A stretch of DNA of 64,000 bases. Source: Narcine bancroftii (taxonomy: Eukaryota). How positions within the stretch are numbered: position 1 is the first letter of the stretch; each line of letters starts with the position of its first letter. The stretch is taken from contig NC_091475.1 in NCBI RefSeq assembly GCF_036971445.1, forward strand, positions 2,294,001-2,358,000. The letters are read 5' to 3'. The notes below the pieces were generated by a model. It worked only from the letters and a program-made list of their open reading frames with translations. It was not told the DNA's origin and made no database searches. Below are positions 37,511-50,200 of the stretch, one piece after another. The position numbers were made by a program, and so were the translations under genes.

Positions 37511-37619
37511 CAGTGGTTTTCAAACTTCCTCCCTAAATTCACATTCCACTTTAAGCAATCACTTATCGTGTAGGGATTGCTTAAGGTGGAATGTTAGTTT
37601 AGGGGGGCAAAAACCACGG
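37511..37619. mobile_element. Single palindromic hAT MITE unit
   Basis: CAGTGGTTTT..CCCTAAATTCACATTCCACTTTAAGCAATC / GATTGCTTAAGGTGGAATGTTAGTTTAGGG..AAAACCACGG. Confidence 0.7.
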
Positions 37620-38380
37620 TCTGAAGTAATGGAAATCAATAATCCATTTCTAGGCCAATAATATATGTAAAATTAAACACATTGAATACAGTTAAAATTC
37701 AACTCCACGTTATTCCATTTTCACTAATTCACCAACTGATTCCTCATAGTTACATTTTTATTTATTATTGATTTTGAGAGATGTGTTTTGAATGATCAGT
37801 AGTTGTGATCTTTTTATTTTCCCAAGGAAAGGCAGTGACAATCATGCAAAATCTTAACAAAATTTTCCTATAATTTTGTTTATTGCAAACTCTGTTATTA
37901 CGACACCCAATGGAATGTTTGAGAAAACAGTCTGAATAAAAATTTATATTGCATGTTTCCTTTTATGTTTTCATTGTGTCTTTACTTTGCTGTGAAGAAA
38001 AATGTTTGGAACAGGCCCTTGGACTGACTACATTCATGTCAGGCAAAAAAGAGGCATCAAGTCTAAACCCACTTCCCAACTTGTCATTTGGAGTTGTGTC
38101 AGTACATCAAGTGCTTGTTACAAACATTTAAAATGTGACGTGGATTTCAACAGAATCATGGTTGCAGCTCCTCCTTTCTGCCAATAATTATTGAATACTC
38201 CTTAATTTTTAGTGGATTAATCTACTGAAGATAGATTAATTGCATTAATGTAACTTTAGTACAGATTACAATTGATCACATTTCCAAGCAAAGGTTAGTT
38301 TTAGGCACTTACAGTTGATAATGAAAGCTTATTAAATTATAACAGTTGAACATTTTGAATTGCCTGTTCTTTCTAAACAG

Positions 38381-38478
38381 TGAGATGTATGATGTATGGT
38401 TTTGGCGATGACCAGAATCCTTATACTGAATCAGTGGACATCCTGGAAGATCTCGTCATAGAATTTATCACTGAAATG
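38381..38478 (+). CDS. TAF13: TFIID subunit 13, exon 3
   Basis: ttctaaacag|LRCMMYGFGDDQNPYTESVDILEDLVIEFITEM|gtgaga; 98 nt; histone-fold region. Confidence 0.97.
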
Positions 38479-38639
38479 GTGAGATAAATTACACAAATTG
38501 TCATCTGGAAATAATTATACACAAGTGTCAAGTAAAGTTTAAATGTGAGAATATGCTGCTAGAAAGTCTTTTTCAAAGCATTTGTTACAACATTTCATAA
38601 TTAAGTCCATAAAAGCCATTCATTGTTTAATTTAAATTG

Positions 38640-39290
38640 TTAGAACATAGCAGAGTACAGGCCCCTCAGCCCAGAATGTGCCAATCCATATAAATTTATT
38701 TCATTATCAATCTAACCTTTCCATTCCTCACAGTCTGTAACCCCTGATTTTTAATTTTATTCTTGCATCCGTATGCCTATCTAGTCTTTTTAAATGTTCC
38801 TGTTGTGCAAAGGCCTCAACCACTACCCTCAGCAGTGCACTCTACGTACCCACCACTCTCTGTGGTGGGGGGGGTGGGGGGGGTGGGGGGGAATCTACTC
38901 TTGGCACGTCCCCTAAATTTTCCTCCACTCACCTTAAAAGTTGCCCTCTTGTGTGGTCATTGCTGCCCGCCCTGAGAAAAAGATGTTGGCTGACCTCTCT
39001 TTATTTTACAAACCTCTATTAAGTCACCTCTCATCTTCTATTTCTTCAAAGAGAAAAGCTCTAGCTTGCTCAATCTTTCCTCACAAGCCATAGTCTTCAA
39101 TCTAAGCAGCTTCCTGGTAAATCTCTTTTGCACCTTTTCCAATGATTCCACATCATTCCTCTTGTGAGGTGACCAGGATGGAACAGAATACTCTAAGAAT
39201 GGTCTAAACAGAGTTTTGTAGAACTGCAACATTACTTTGTGGCTCTTGAACTCAAAGCACCGACTAATGAAGACTAACACACCATAAACC
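38640..39290 (-). mobile_element. CR1-type LINE 3' part (outer element; upstream part at ~43795-44120)
   Basis: ORF 39038-39292: FYKTLFRPFLEYSVPSW..LEKVQKRFTR; tail ATGTTCTA. Confidence 0.8.
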
Positions 39291-39336
39291 ACCTGCCACC
39301 ACTACTTCTCCTGGAAGTTCATTCCAAACAGCCACC

Positions 39337-40897
39337 TTCTTTCTTTGGCTTGGCTTTGCGGACGAAGATTTTTGGAGGGGTATGTCCACGTCTGCTGCAG
39401 GCTTGTTGGTGACTGACAAGTCCGATGCGGGACTGTCAGACACGGTTGCAAGGGAAAATTGGTTGGTTGGGGTTGGGTGTTGGGTTTTTCCTCCTTTGTC
39501 TTTTGTCAGTGAGGTGGGCTCTGCGGTCTTCTTCAAAGGAGGTTGCTGCCCGCCAAACTGTGAGGCGCCAAGATGCATGGTTGGAGGCGATATCAGCCCA
39601 CTGGCGGTGGTCAATGTGGCAGGCACCAAGAGATTTCTTTAAGCAGTCCTTGTACCTCTTCTTTGGTGCACCTCTGTCTCGGTGGCTAGTGGAGAGCTCG
39701 CCATATAACATGATCTTGGGAAGGCGATGGTCCTACATTCTGGAGACATGACCCACCCAGCGCAGTTGGGTCTTCAGCAGCGTGGATTCGATGATTGCGG
39801 ACTCTGCCAGCTCGAGTACTTCGATGTTGGTGATGAAGTCACTCCAATGAATGTTGAGGATGGAGCGGAGACAACGCTGATGGAAGCATTCTAGGAGCTG
39901 TAAGTGATGCCGGTAGAGGACCCATGTTTTGGAGCCAAACAGGAGCGTGGGTATGACAACGGCTCTGTACACGCTGATCTTTGTGTGTTTCTTCAGGTGG
40001 TTGTTTTTCCAGACTCTTTTGTGTAGTCTTCCAAAGGCGCTATTTGCCTTGGCGAGTCTATTGTCTATCTCGTTGTCGATCCTTGCATCAGATGAAATGG
40101 TGCAGCCGAGGTAGGTAAACTGGTTGACCTTTTTGAGTTCAGTGTGCCCGATGGAGATGTGGGGGGGGCTGGTGGTCATGGTGGGGAGCTGGCTGATGGA
40201 GGACCTCAGTTTTCTTCAGGCTGATTTCCAGGCCAAACATTTTGGCAGTTTCCGCAAAACAGGACGTCATGCGCTGGAGAGCTGGCTCTGAATGGGCAAC
40301 TAAAGTGGCATCTTCTGCAAAGAGTAGTTCACGGACAAGTTGCTCTTGTGTCTTGGTGTGAGCTTGCAGGTGCCTCAGATTGAAGAGACTGCCATCCGTG
40401 CGGTACAGGATGTAAACAGCGTCTTCATTGTTGTGGTCTTTCATGGCTTGTTTCAGCATCATGCTGAAGAAGATAGTAAAGAGGGTTGGTGTGAGGACGC
40501 AGCCTTGCTTCACGCCGTTGTCAATGGAGAAGGGTTCGGAGAGCACATTGCTGTATCTGACCCGATCTTGTTGGTTTTCGTGCAGTTGGATAACCATGTT
40601 GAGGGACTTGGGGGGGCATCCGAGGCACTCTAGTATTTGCCAAAGCCCTTTCCTGCTCATGGTGTCGAAGGCTTTGGTGAGGTCAACAAAGGTGATGTAG
40701 AGTCATTTGTTTTGTTCTCTGCATTTTTCTTGGAGCCGTCTGAGGGCAAAGACCATGTCAGTAGTTCCTCTGTTTGCGCGAAAGCCACACTGTGATTCTG
40801 GGAGGACATTTTCGGCGACACTAGGTATTAGTCTATTAAGGAGAATCCTAGTGAAGATTTTGCCTGCAATGGTGATTCCCCTGTAGTTTGAGCAGAT
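39337..40897 (-). mobile_element. RTE-clade LINE, 5'-truncated, with TSD
   Basis: Closely similar to 33052-34601. TSD ACAGCCACC at 39328-39336 and 40898-40906. Confidence 0.9.
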
Positions 40898-42753
40898 ACA
40901 GCCACCACTCTCTGAGTAAATCAGTTTCCCCTCATGTTGGTTCTAAACCTTTGCCCCATAATTCTTAACTCTTGACCTCATGTTTCAATCTCTCCTACCC
41001 TCAAGAGAAAAAAGCCTATCCATTTCCTTTCTATCCCCCTCATAATCTTAAATACCTCTAGCAAATCTTCCCTCAACCTTCTATGCTCCAAGGAATAAAG
41101 ACCTAATCTGCTCAATCTTTCTTTGTAATCTAGATTCTGAAACCCAGGTAACATGCTCATAAATCTTCTCTGCACTCTCTTTACCTTGTTAACATCCTTC
41201 CTATAATTCAAGGACCAGAACTGCACACAGTATTCCAAATTTGGCCTCACCAATGCATTCAATAGTCTCAACATCACTTCCCAACTCCTGTATTCTATGC
41301 TTTGATTTATAAAGGCCAGCATACTAAAAGCCTTCTCCACCCTATCCACAAGAGGTTCTACCTTCAGGGAATGATACACCGTTATTCCTAGATCTTTCTG
41401 CTCCACTGCATTCCTCAATGCCCTCCCATTTACTATGTATGTCCTGTTTTGATTATTCCTTCCAAAATGAAGCTCTTTACACTTCTCAGCATTAAACTCC
41501 ATCTGCCACCTTTCAGCTCACTCTTCTAAGCAGTTCAAATCTTTTTGGAATCTTTGAAAATCTTCTTCATTATCCACAATTCCATCTATTTTAATATCAT
41601 CTGCATATTTACCACACCATCATCCAGATCATTAATGTAAATGACAAATAGCAAGGGTCCCAAAACAGAATCCTGAGGCAAACCACTTGTTATTGTCTTC
41701 CAGCCTGACAAGCAGTTATCCACTACAACTCTCTGGCATCTACCTTCCAGCCCCTGTTGAATCTATTTGACTATCTCAAAGTTAATACCTAGCGCCTGAA
41801 CCTTTTTAACTAACCTTCCATGCGGAACCTTACCGAAGGCCTTACTGAAGTCCAAATAGACAGCATCCACTGCTTTCCCTTCATCTACATTCCTAGTCAC
41901 CTCTTCAAAAAATTCAACAAGATTGATCCAACATGACCTTCCACACACAAACCCATGTTGAGTATTCATGATCAGACCCTGTCTCCAGATACTTTTGTAT
42001 ATTATCTCTAAGAACGCTTTCCATTAACTTACCTACCATAAACGTCAAACCTGCAGGCCTATAATTGCTAGGCTTGCTCCTAGAACCCTTTTTAAACAAA
42101 GGAATCGCATTAGCAATAAGCCAATTCTCTGGCACTCTACCCATCTCTAATGACATTTGGAAAATCACTGTCAGAGTTTCTGCCATTTCCTCAAGAACTT
42201 CTCTCAAAGCCCTGGGGAAAATCCCGTCGGGTCCTAGAGACTTATCCACCTTTATATGCTTCAAAATCTCCAGTACTTCCTCTTTCTTAATCACTACATT
42301 TTTCCATCATTACCCTCTGCTTTCTTTACCCCGCACAATTCAATATCCTTATTCTTAGTGAATACCGAAGAAAAAACTTGTTCAAAATCTCCCTGATCTC
42401 ATTTGACTCCTCACACAGTTGTCCGCTCTGCTTTTCTAATGGACAAATTTTATCCCTCGCTCTTCTTTTGCTGTTAACATATTTATAGAAACCTTTCGGA
42501 TTTATTTTCACCCTGTTTGCTAAAGCCACCTCGCACCTTCTTTTAGCTTTCTTATTTCTTAAGATTCTTTTTATATTCGATGTATTCTCCACACATCTCC
42601 ATTTTTCCTTGTTTCTTATATTTATTGTAGGTCTCCCTCTTTTTACGAACCAAGTTTCCAATATCCCTTGAAAACCATGGCTCTCAAACTTTTCACTCTG
42701 CTTTTTATCCCTGACAGGAATATAAAGATTTTGTACCCTCAAAATCTCACCTT

Positions 42754-42879
42754 TAGGGGAGAGGGAGGGATGGGGGAGAAAAGAGAGAAAATGTCACTGT
42801 GCATATTTAATGAGATACATCTGTAAATATTTTGGTTGATGTGCTTCATAGTGCGATAAATAAAGAATTACAAAAAAAA
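42754..42879 (+). mobile_element. Short 5'-truncated A-tailed retroposon end (L1-like)
   Basis: Purine-rich run, AATAAA and A tail; TSD CACCTT at 42748-42753 and 42880-42885. Confidence 0.65.
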
Positions 42880-44414
42880 CACCTTGAAAAGACCTCCATT
42901 TCTCTACTGCATCCTTCCCATAAAACAAATTGTCCCAATCTGCTCCTCGTAAATCTTTTCTCGTCTCCTCAAATCTAGCTTTTCCCCCACTCAAAAACCG
43001 CAATCTTAGGTCCTGACCTATTCCTTTCCATTATTACATTGAAGCTAATGATCAGTGGATCCAAAGTGCTCCCCAACACATACCTCCTTTACCTGACCTA
43101 TCTCATTCCCCACAGTAGATCCAATACTGCCCCTTCTCTAGTTGGTACCTCTACATATTGCTCTAAAAAAACTATCCTGCACACATTTTACAAATTCTAA
43201 TCCATCCAGCCCTTTCACAGAATGGGTTTCCCAATCTATATTTGAAAAATTAAAATCTCCCACTATCACTACCCTGTGCTTATTACAAATATCTGCTATC
43301 TCCCTACAAATTTGCTCTTCTAGTTCTTGCTCCCCATTAGATGGTCACCTCTAAGTGTGACTGCCCCTTTCCCATTCCTCAATTCCACCCATACAGCCTC
43401 CCTGGATGAGCCCTCTAATCTATCCTGCCTAAGCACTGCTACAATATTTTCCCTGACAAGCAATGCAACCCCACCTCCTCTTGCCCCTCAAATTCTATCA
43501 CACCTAAAGCAATGAAATCCAGGAATATTTAGCTACCAATCTCATCCCTCCTGCAACCATGTTTCACTAATCGCTACCATGTCATACTGCCAAGTGTCTC
43601 TTCACACCCTCATCCACCTTCCTTAAAATGCTCCTAGCATTAAAGTATATGCATTTCAGATTTCCCACTACTTATTCTCTGTTTGCTCTTATCTTCACAA
43701 ACAACTCTATTATGTTATTTTTCTATCATCTCTCTTCTCTAACACCTGCCTATCCACCCCCAAACATTATCTACAAGTTTTCTGTTTGTAATCTAACCTT
43801 CTCTTGCTGTTCTCCTTCCTGTCTACATCCTGGGATAATCTACGACAATCCTCTACACTATCCACAACACCTCCAACCTTTGTGTCATCTGCAGACTTGC
43901 TAATCCACCCCTCCACTCCCTTATCTGTCATTTATAAAGATCACAGTCCAAGAATGTATCCCTGCGGAACACCTCTGGTCACTGATCTTCAGTCAGAATA
44001 CAGTCCAAATGCTACCATCCTCCATCTTCTGCAGACTAACCAAATCCGAAGCCACAAGTTTCTATGGATCCCATGCCTCATGATTTTCTGGATGAGCCTG
44101 CCATAAGAAACCTTGTCAGATGATGATAATGATGAGTTTATTGTCATACACATTGTACATGTGCAGCCAAACATGTACTTGTAAACAAAAAATTTAGAGT
44201 AAATTAATTAAATTAAAAGAGATAATAAAACCATAGGATTATAAAATAAATATTCACAGTCATCCTAATGCAAAAAATTGACTTGCAATAGTCCAGGCAG
44301 TCCTTTTGTGCTGTCAAAACAGATGTATGATTAGTGAGTCAAAATTGCCAATGGATATAGGGACACAGATTTGAAAAAGACTATTCAGACCTTAGTAAAA
44401 GCACTGAAAGAAAT

Positions 44415-44860
44415 AAAACCGAGAGTCTGCAGACACCATGGTTGAAGTAAAAACACACAGCTGGAGAAACTCAGCAGGTCAAACAGTGTCCTTTATACCA
44501 TAGGACAATTACAACACGGAAACAGGCCTAATTGGCCCTTCTAGTCCGCACTGGTCCAAGTACCCTTCTCTAATCCCACTTACCAGCACTCTGCCCATAT
44601 CCCTCCACCCCCCCTCCCATCCATATACTTATCCAACTCTTTCTTAAATGACGAAATTGGCCATAAACAGCAAAGATGAAGGTACAGAACTGATATTTTG
44701 GGCTTGAGCCCTTCATCAAGGTATGGAAAAATGCCAGCAAGCCTCTGAACAAAAAGGTAAGGGGAACACTGAAATGCTGGAGGAACTCAGTAGGTCTCGC
44801 AGTGTATCTATAGGAGGTAGAGATATATAACTGATGTTTTGGGCCTGAGCCCTTAATTGA
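44415..44860 (-). mobile_element. Two Penelope-like tail copies, the first interrupted by a CR1 3' end (~44498-44660)
   Basis: CTGGAGAAACTCAGCAGGTC and TTTTGGGCTTGAGCCCTTCATCAAGG motifs shared with 57600-57705. Confidence 0.6.
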
Positions 44861-45825
44861 TTTGCAGCTTTTTGGCAGCACCCTCTGATTAGTCCTATGA
44901 CCAATTCACTCTTTAGAGTTATTTTTGTATTGTCTTTCAGACAGTGCACGACAGAAGATCATAACAATTAATTTCATAAAATAAATTTTGCTTGCCTGGT
45001 TCTTCTTTTGCCAATTATTTCAAATCTGGTGACAGAGTATAGATATTTATATTGTATTATATTTGATATCCTGAATCCCCAGAATTCTTAATGCTTTCAA
45101 GAATCTTCTCTATTTGCAAGGATGCTTTAATAATTGAGCTGCACTGGTGACTGTGTCCTGCACAATGAGTTCATGATATCTGTTTCCTGCATAATGAAGA
45201 CTCCAAACCACATTTGAAGGTTTATATAAGAACCAACCAATGATTTTTTGATATTGGGGTCATCGAAGTCTATTTAGTGTCCAGGTAGCTCCTAACTGAT
45301 TTTATTAATATTGAGATAAATATAGCCCCCAATGGAAAACTTGAGACACCTATAATTGCTGCTAAATGGGGGAGATTTGCAACACACCAGAGCTGTGTGA
45401 ATTGACCAGCCAACCTGATTGACATGCATCTCCAGGAGTGAAATTGATATTGGGTTCGGTGACACAGTTAGACATGACCCTAAAAGAGTCTCTACTCTTT
45501 TTCGGTGAACTAATGCAATCAATGTGGATTTCGTATCTACCCAGTTTTATTAAACTAAGCAATGGGATTTTTTTTTTGTTCTTCATTTCTAGGTTTACAG
45601 TGTCAATATTCAAAAAAATTGAGTCAAAAATTGTTAATTTACCATAAACTTCAAATTAGATACATCAAATTTCTATTATTGCCTTCATGAATTACAGGTT
45701 CTTCTATCTTTGGGCTGTATATCATTTGATGGAGATGTGTCCAAATAGATGGTCATTGTACAGCAGTGTATTGTTTTGTGATATTTTAAACAAAACGATT
45801 ACTTGAAATTTTTTTTCTTACATAG

Positions 45826-45996
45826 ACACACAAGGCCATGTCAATAGGACGTCAGGGCCGAGTTCAAGTAGAAGATATTGTCTTTCTCATTCGTAAAGAT
45901 CCCAGGAAGTTTGCAAGAGTGAAAGATCTACTGACAATGAATGAAGAATTGAAACGTGCCAGGAAAGCTTTTGATGAAGCTAATTATGGCTCTTAG
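45826..45996 (+). CDS. TAF13: TFIID subunit 13, exon 4
   Basis: cttacatag|THKAMSIGRQGRVQVEDIVFLIRKDPRKFARVKDLLTMNEELKRARKAFDEANYGS*. Total CDS 27+79+98+171 = 375 nt (124 aa). Confidence 0.97.
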   Translation, partial: THKAMSIGRQGRVQVEDIVFLIRKDPRKFARVKDLLTMNEELKRARKAFDEANYGS

Positions 45997-46873
45997 AAGT
46001 TTCCAAATCAAAGAGCAGATATGGTAACTCAGAATTGGCTTTCTTTGAAATGTACTTGAAGCACAATTTCACTCAAGTTCCTACTACAAATATAAGACGG
46101 AAGAGTAAAGTTCAACATGGCTGCAGTTTGGCAGAGATATGCAGATTTCTTTACTTTTTTTATGCAATGTAAACATTATTTTTGAATGAAGAAATTCTTG
46201 TAGCCTGCCTTTAACAAATTTTGGGTACATATCAGGAAAAAGTACATAGAACTCTACATGTTAATTTGGCCTGTTTTATAATAGTCAATATTATATAAAC
46301 CTGATGTTTTGGTTTTAATTCAAGTGAAGTACAATTGGAGAGCAAGAAATAATTGGAGCAGAGGTTCAGAAATAAGATCTACCCAAATTAAAATTATAAA
46401 TTCTGTCCATAGTATAATTTGTATGCATTTTGCAATAGCAAGTTACAACTAAATTTGTCTTGCAGTCATTACACCCGCCTGCAAGTAATGCTGTAGCACC
46501 ATGTCTGGGATAAAGTGCAAAGATAGTTTGACAAGTTTATAAAGTTTTCATTACAAATGTGAACAATTTAATATGTAATGTTGTCAGGAAATGTACATTG
46601 GCAATATTTGCATAAAGATACAAAGCAAAACATCACAATGCACTTCATTGGAGAATTGCACTAGATTACCAAATTTGATAGAGATTTCTTTTGGAGTTGC
46701 TTTGATTGTATTTTAATATCTATGAATTTTGGCCCTGGATAATGATTTTTAAAAAAAACCATTCAAAATATTGTTCACATTGTGGTTTATTACTGTTTTG
46801 TGACCCTTAATTTTACACTTGTTCTTTGTAATATGTACAGTGTCAAGATTACTTTAACTTGTACTTTCTGACT

Positions 46874-46879
46874 AATAAA
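46874..46879 (+). terminator. TAF13: Candidate TAF13 polyadenylation signal
   Basis: AATAAA ~880 nt after the stop, preceded by TGTA motifs. A second AATAAA lies at 46980. Confidence 0.6.
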
Positions 46880-47176
46880 CTTTCAATCTAAAATTGAATA
46901 TTGGCACCATCAAAGTAGATTGTACAAGGGGATTCTATCCGTTTGCTTGTTTAAAAAATTAATTTTATACAACATGTTGAATAAATGAAAAATGAATAAC
47001 ATTTTATTCAGTTTTATTATCCTCGTTCTATTAATCCCAGTGACCTCACTGACCTGCTGCAGATGATGAATCAGATGCAAGTTTCTGAAATAATACAATC
47101 CAGTATTTATTTTGGATTGCAGATGCATGACAATAAGTGAACTTTTAAAATCCTGATATTCATCGCAAAATAGTGT

Positions 47177-47250
47177 TCAGAGTTCTGGGGTTTGAGTAGG
47201 AGCCAATGGAGCATACTTCTTGCGAGCACTGCTCCAAGAATTGTTTATAC
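47177..47250 (-). CDS. POPDC2: Popeye domain-containing protein 2, alternative terminal exon 4
   Basis: tgtgtttttttcccctgcag|GT ATA AAC... = (G)INNSWSSARKKYAPLAPTQTPEL*. Matches the human POPDC2 end APLAPTHTPEL. Phase 1 fits the internal donor after 52614. Confidence 0.85.
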
Positions 47251-50200
47251 CTGCAGGGGAAAAAACACAATAGAAATAAGACCAAGACAAGGTATTTTAC
47301 ATTTTGCCAACAGTAGTTAAGTTTCTTTTAAATTTAATACATTTTCATAGTCCTTACATTTTAATGTGAAATTAACAGTATCGATAAATAAAGAATTCAA
47401 ACTTATTTTAAATGAAATCGGCATGCTATTTTTGAAATAACAGATTGGGTATTTTTTTAAGGGTGACCATAACATTACTGATTATTGTCCACTTTTTTCA
47501 TTGGTGGATGTCCAGATTAATGCATGTATGAGTTTGAGTGGTGAGTTTGTTTCAACTTGAACAGCATACTACTTTCCATTGATTACTATAGATGCTAGGT
47601 ACTTGATAAAGTTCATTACAGTATTAATATTATAAATAATCTTTCTCTCTTACAGATATTTTTTATATTAATTCCTGAATAGATAACACCCATCTTTGTT
47701 TATGTTGAAGCAGCTGCCATTCCTGCAGAATTAGTACCGTTCCAGTTGTGATGCACAGGAAGTACAAGGAGGCCAAACTGGAATGTAGGAGAAACAGTGA
47801 GCAGAGCCATGTAAGAACACTTCCAAACAAAAATGTATTTATGTTTGGCACAAAAAATGAATTGAATTTTTAGATTAGAAAGCAACTGCGTCTTTAAATC
47901 TCACTGTAGGGGTTCAAAATGAAAGTTTACTTGATGTATTGGTATTTATTGCAGCTAGGGGGTCCAAGAAGCTCATACAGTTTTTGTTTATACTATGATC
48001 TACATGTAAAATATCAGTAAATTTGGAGAACTTCAAATGACATGAAAGCCTAAACAGCTATATTTAGCCTTCCATCATGTCCACCAATTGCACCCCCAAG
48101 CTAAACTACAAACTTTCTAAGTTCAGATTTAGTGTCCATCCTTTGTATTGCAGGAATTTGCTGCTTTTAGGATTGCCTAAAGTTGGTCTAGCTAATAGAA
48201 ACTGAAAACCAGCTAAATGAAGTTGTTGGGATGCTTACTCCCTAATTTTTATTCAGTCCACAATTTCAGTGCATTGTATAAAAACAGAGCCAATAAATTA
48301 ATCCCAGTATGTCCTTTATGAACAATCTAATTAAAATGTGATAAATTAGTAGGACATCAGGAAACCAAGAAGAATTTTAATATTCATGAGTATCTAAAAA
48401 TGTATACAGTATTATAACAGTTAACCATGTAGCCCTTGCTACGAAGAGCAGCTTGACTATAGTAAACATGGAATTGGACAATCAGATGAATAGAATTTAC
48501 TTAACCAATTTCTGGATTACTTTTAAAAACGAATCTAGAATTTCCTACAAGTGGATGAATCATCCACTTAATCTTCAAGTAGAATTGAATTGCTCTTTAT
48601 CATTAATATGATGTAACTAGAAATAGAAAACTTACTAAACAAAGATTGTAAAATGACAATACAAGAAGGGAGGGTTATTCAGCCCTTTGAGCCTGCTCTT
48701 CCATTTTTGTCAGATCAGTACCACTTTCCAAAATGACTTTATATCCATCGATTACCTTGTATCTAAAAAATGTATCAGTTTTTTGAATAAACATGACAAC
48801 TATATGTTCACAACCTTCCTGGATAAAATATTAATTTTTCTATGGGTGAAGTCATTACTTCTTGTCAGTCCTTATTTTAAAAATGTAATTCCTGGTTCTA
48901 AGCATCTTAGTATGTTGAAACCTCACCAACTTTGCAGGTTCCAATGAGATCATCTCTCATCATTGTAAATTTTTTATAAAAAGTAACGGTCAAGACTACT
49001 TAATCTTGTTCCACAAACCCACGATTCCAAGATGCAAGTATCCATCTGACAGTTTCTATGCAATCAAAATGAGGAATAAATCCATTCTACCATGTAACTA
49101 AATTAACAGCAAGAGACTACAATTAAAGACAATACTGGTTAGCATTCATGTGCCAGTCACATTTGAATAATTTCAGATGTGTAAGAAAATGGAAAAGTCA
49201 CCTTGTTGCAGTATGGGGTGTTCATCTGCACTTGTCTTCAGTTAAATTAGTTTAATATGTCATTTACATTGCACTAATCCATATTGCTACAGATAACTGA
49301 AATTTTGTTTCCCAGCACTGAAGAATTGCAATTCAACATTATCACATTTACCAAACATTCATAAAGACCTTTACCTAAAAAGAATATTGTCCAATTACAG
49401 ATAATGCAGTATGTTGTGTCTATATATGAAAGATAGATTAAAAAATATATAACTGCAACAGTTTTATAGGAAAGTTTCATTCAGTTTCAACAGTAGGATA
49501 CAAAGCTCTATAATTATATCCAATGATGGCAACATTATGATAGAATCTTTGGTCACTTGAGCCATTCCATCCAATATTGGGTGGTTTATTGTCTTTTCAG
49601 TTGCCATCCTAGACAAATTGAGAATGCAGGTAATTTTTCAAAAAAAGATTAAATTGCATTTAAGTACTGCTTTACCTTAAAAGCATTCTGAAACTAGACA
49701 CAAAAGGTGGTGCCACTGTCACAAGGCCAAATTTACGAATTTCCACTTCTGAGTCTTTTCAATACTCTTAAGCCCCCATACCATATTTACCCAGACCCCC
49801 CCAAGACAGATACATTGAGAAGATACATTACTATTTGTTTATTCTGACTTTTGACCACTAAGATAGATGTACAGACAAAGCTTCATTGAACAGAAAAAGG
49901 TGCCATGTCTGCAGAAGATGTGAATCAAAGCATAGAAATTCAATAATGAAATTGGCATTTTCTTCATTGAATCTGTATTTTTGGTCATGTTCACACACAA
50001 AACTATCAGTATTGTCCTAAGACTAAAGTAAATTTCTATGCTCTGGGACAAAATTTATTCATATTACAGATAATTGAATATAATTTGGCAGAGGAATGAA
50101 ATATGATTACCCAGCCTTGTGAATTAAAAAAGCAGGAACTATAACATTCCACAGAAATGTGGAATACTTGAAAGGAGTTTGCAGAACTATGAAGGAGATG

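Larger units (their letters stand above)
39291..43650 (-). mobile_element. CR1-type LINE, most of ORF2, interrupted by an RTE and an A-tailed fragment
   Basis: KVDKSLGPDGIFPR, PLFKKG..PSNYRP, QHGF, YLDFSKAF, MEFNAEKC, LVRPNLEYCVQFW; endonuclease remnants (VIVGDFNF) at ~43240-43270. Confidence 0.85.

Noticed and set aside
30515-37619. CRISPR-like or miRNA-cluster reading of the repeated palindromes
   Set aside because: Eukaryotic context, no repeat-spacer periodicity; TIRs and an 8-bp TSD explain them as MITEs.
27330-43650. Any intact or domesticated reverse transcriptase gene
   Set aside because: All RT-bearing segments are truncated and broken by stops or frameshifts.
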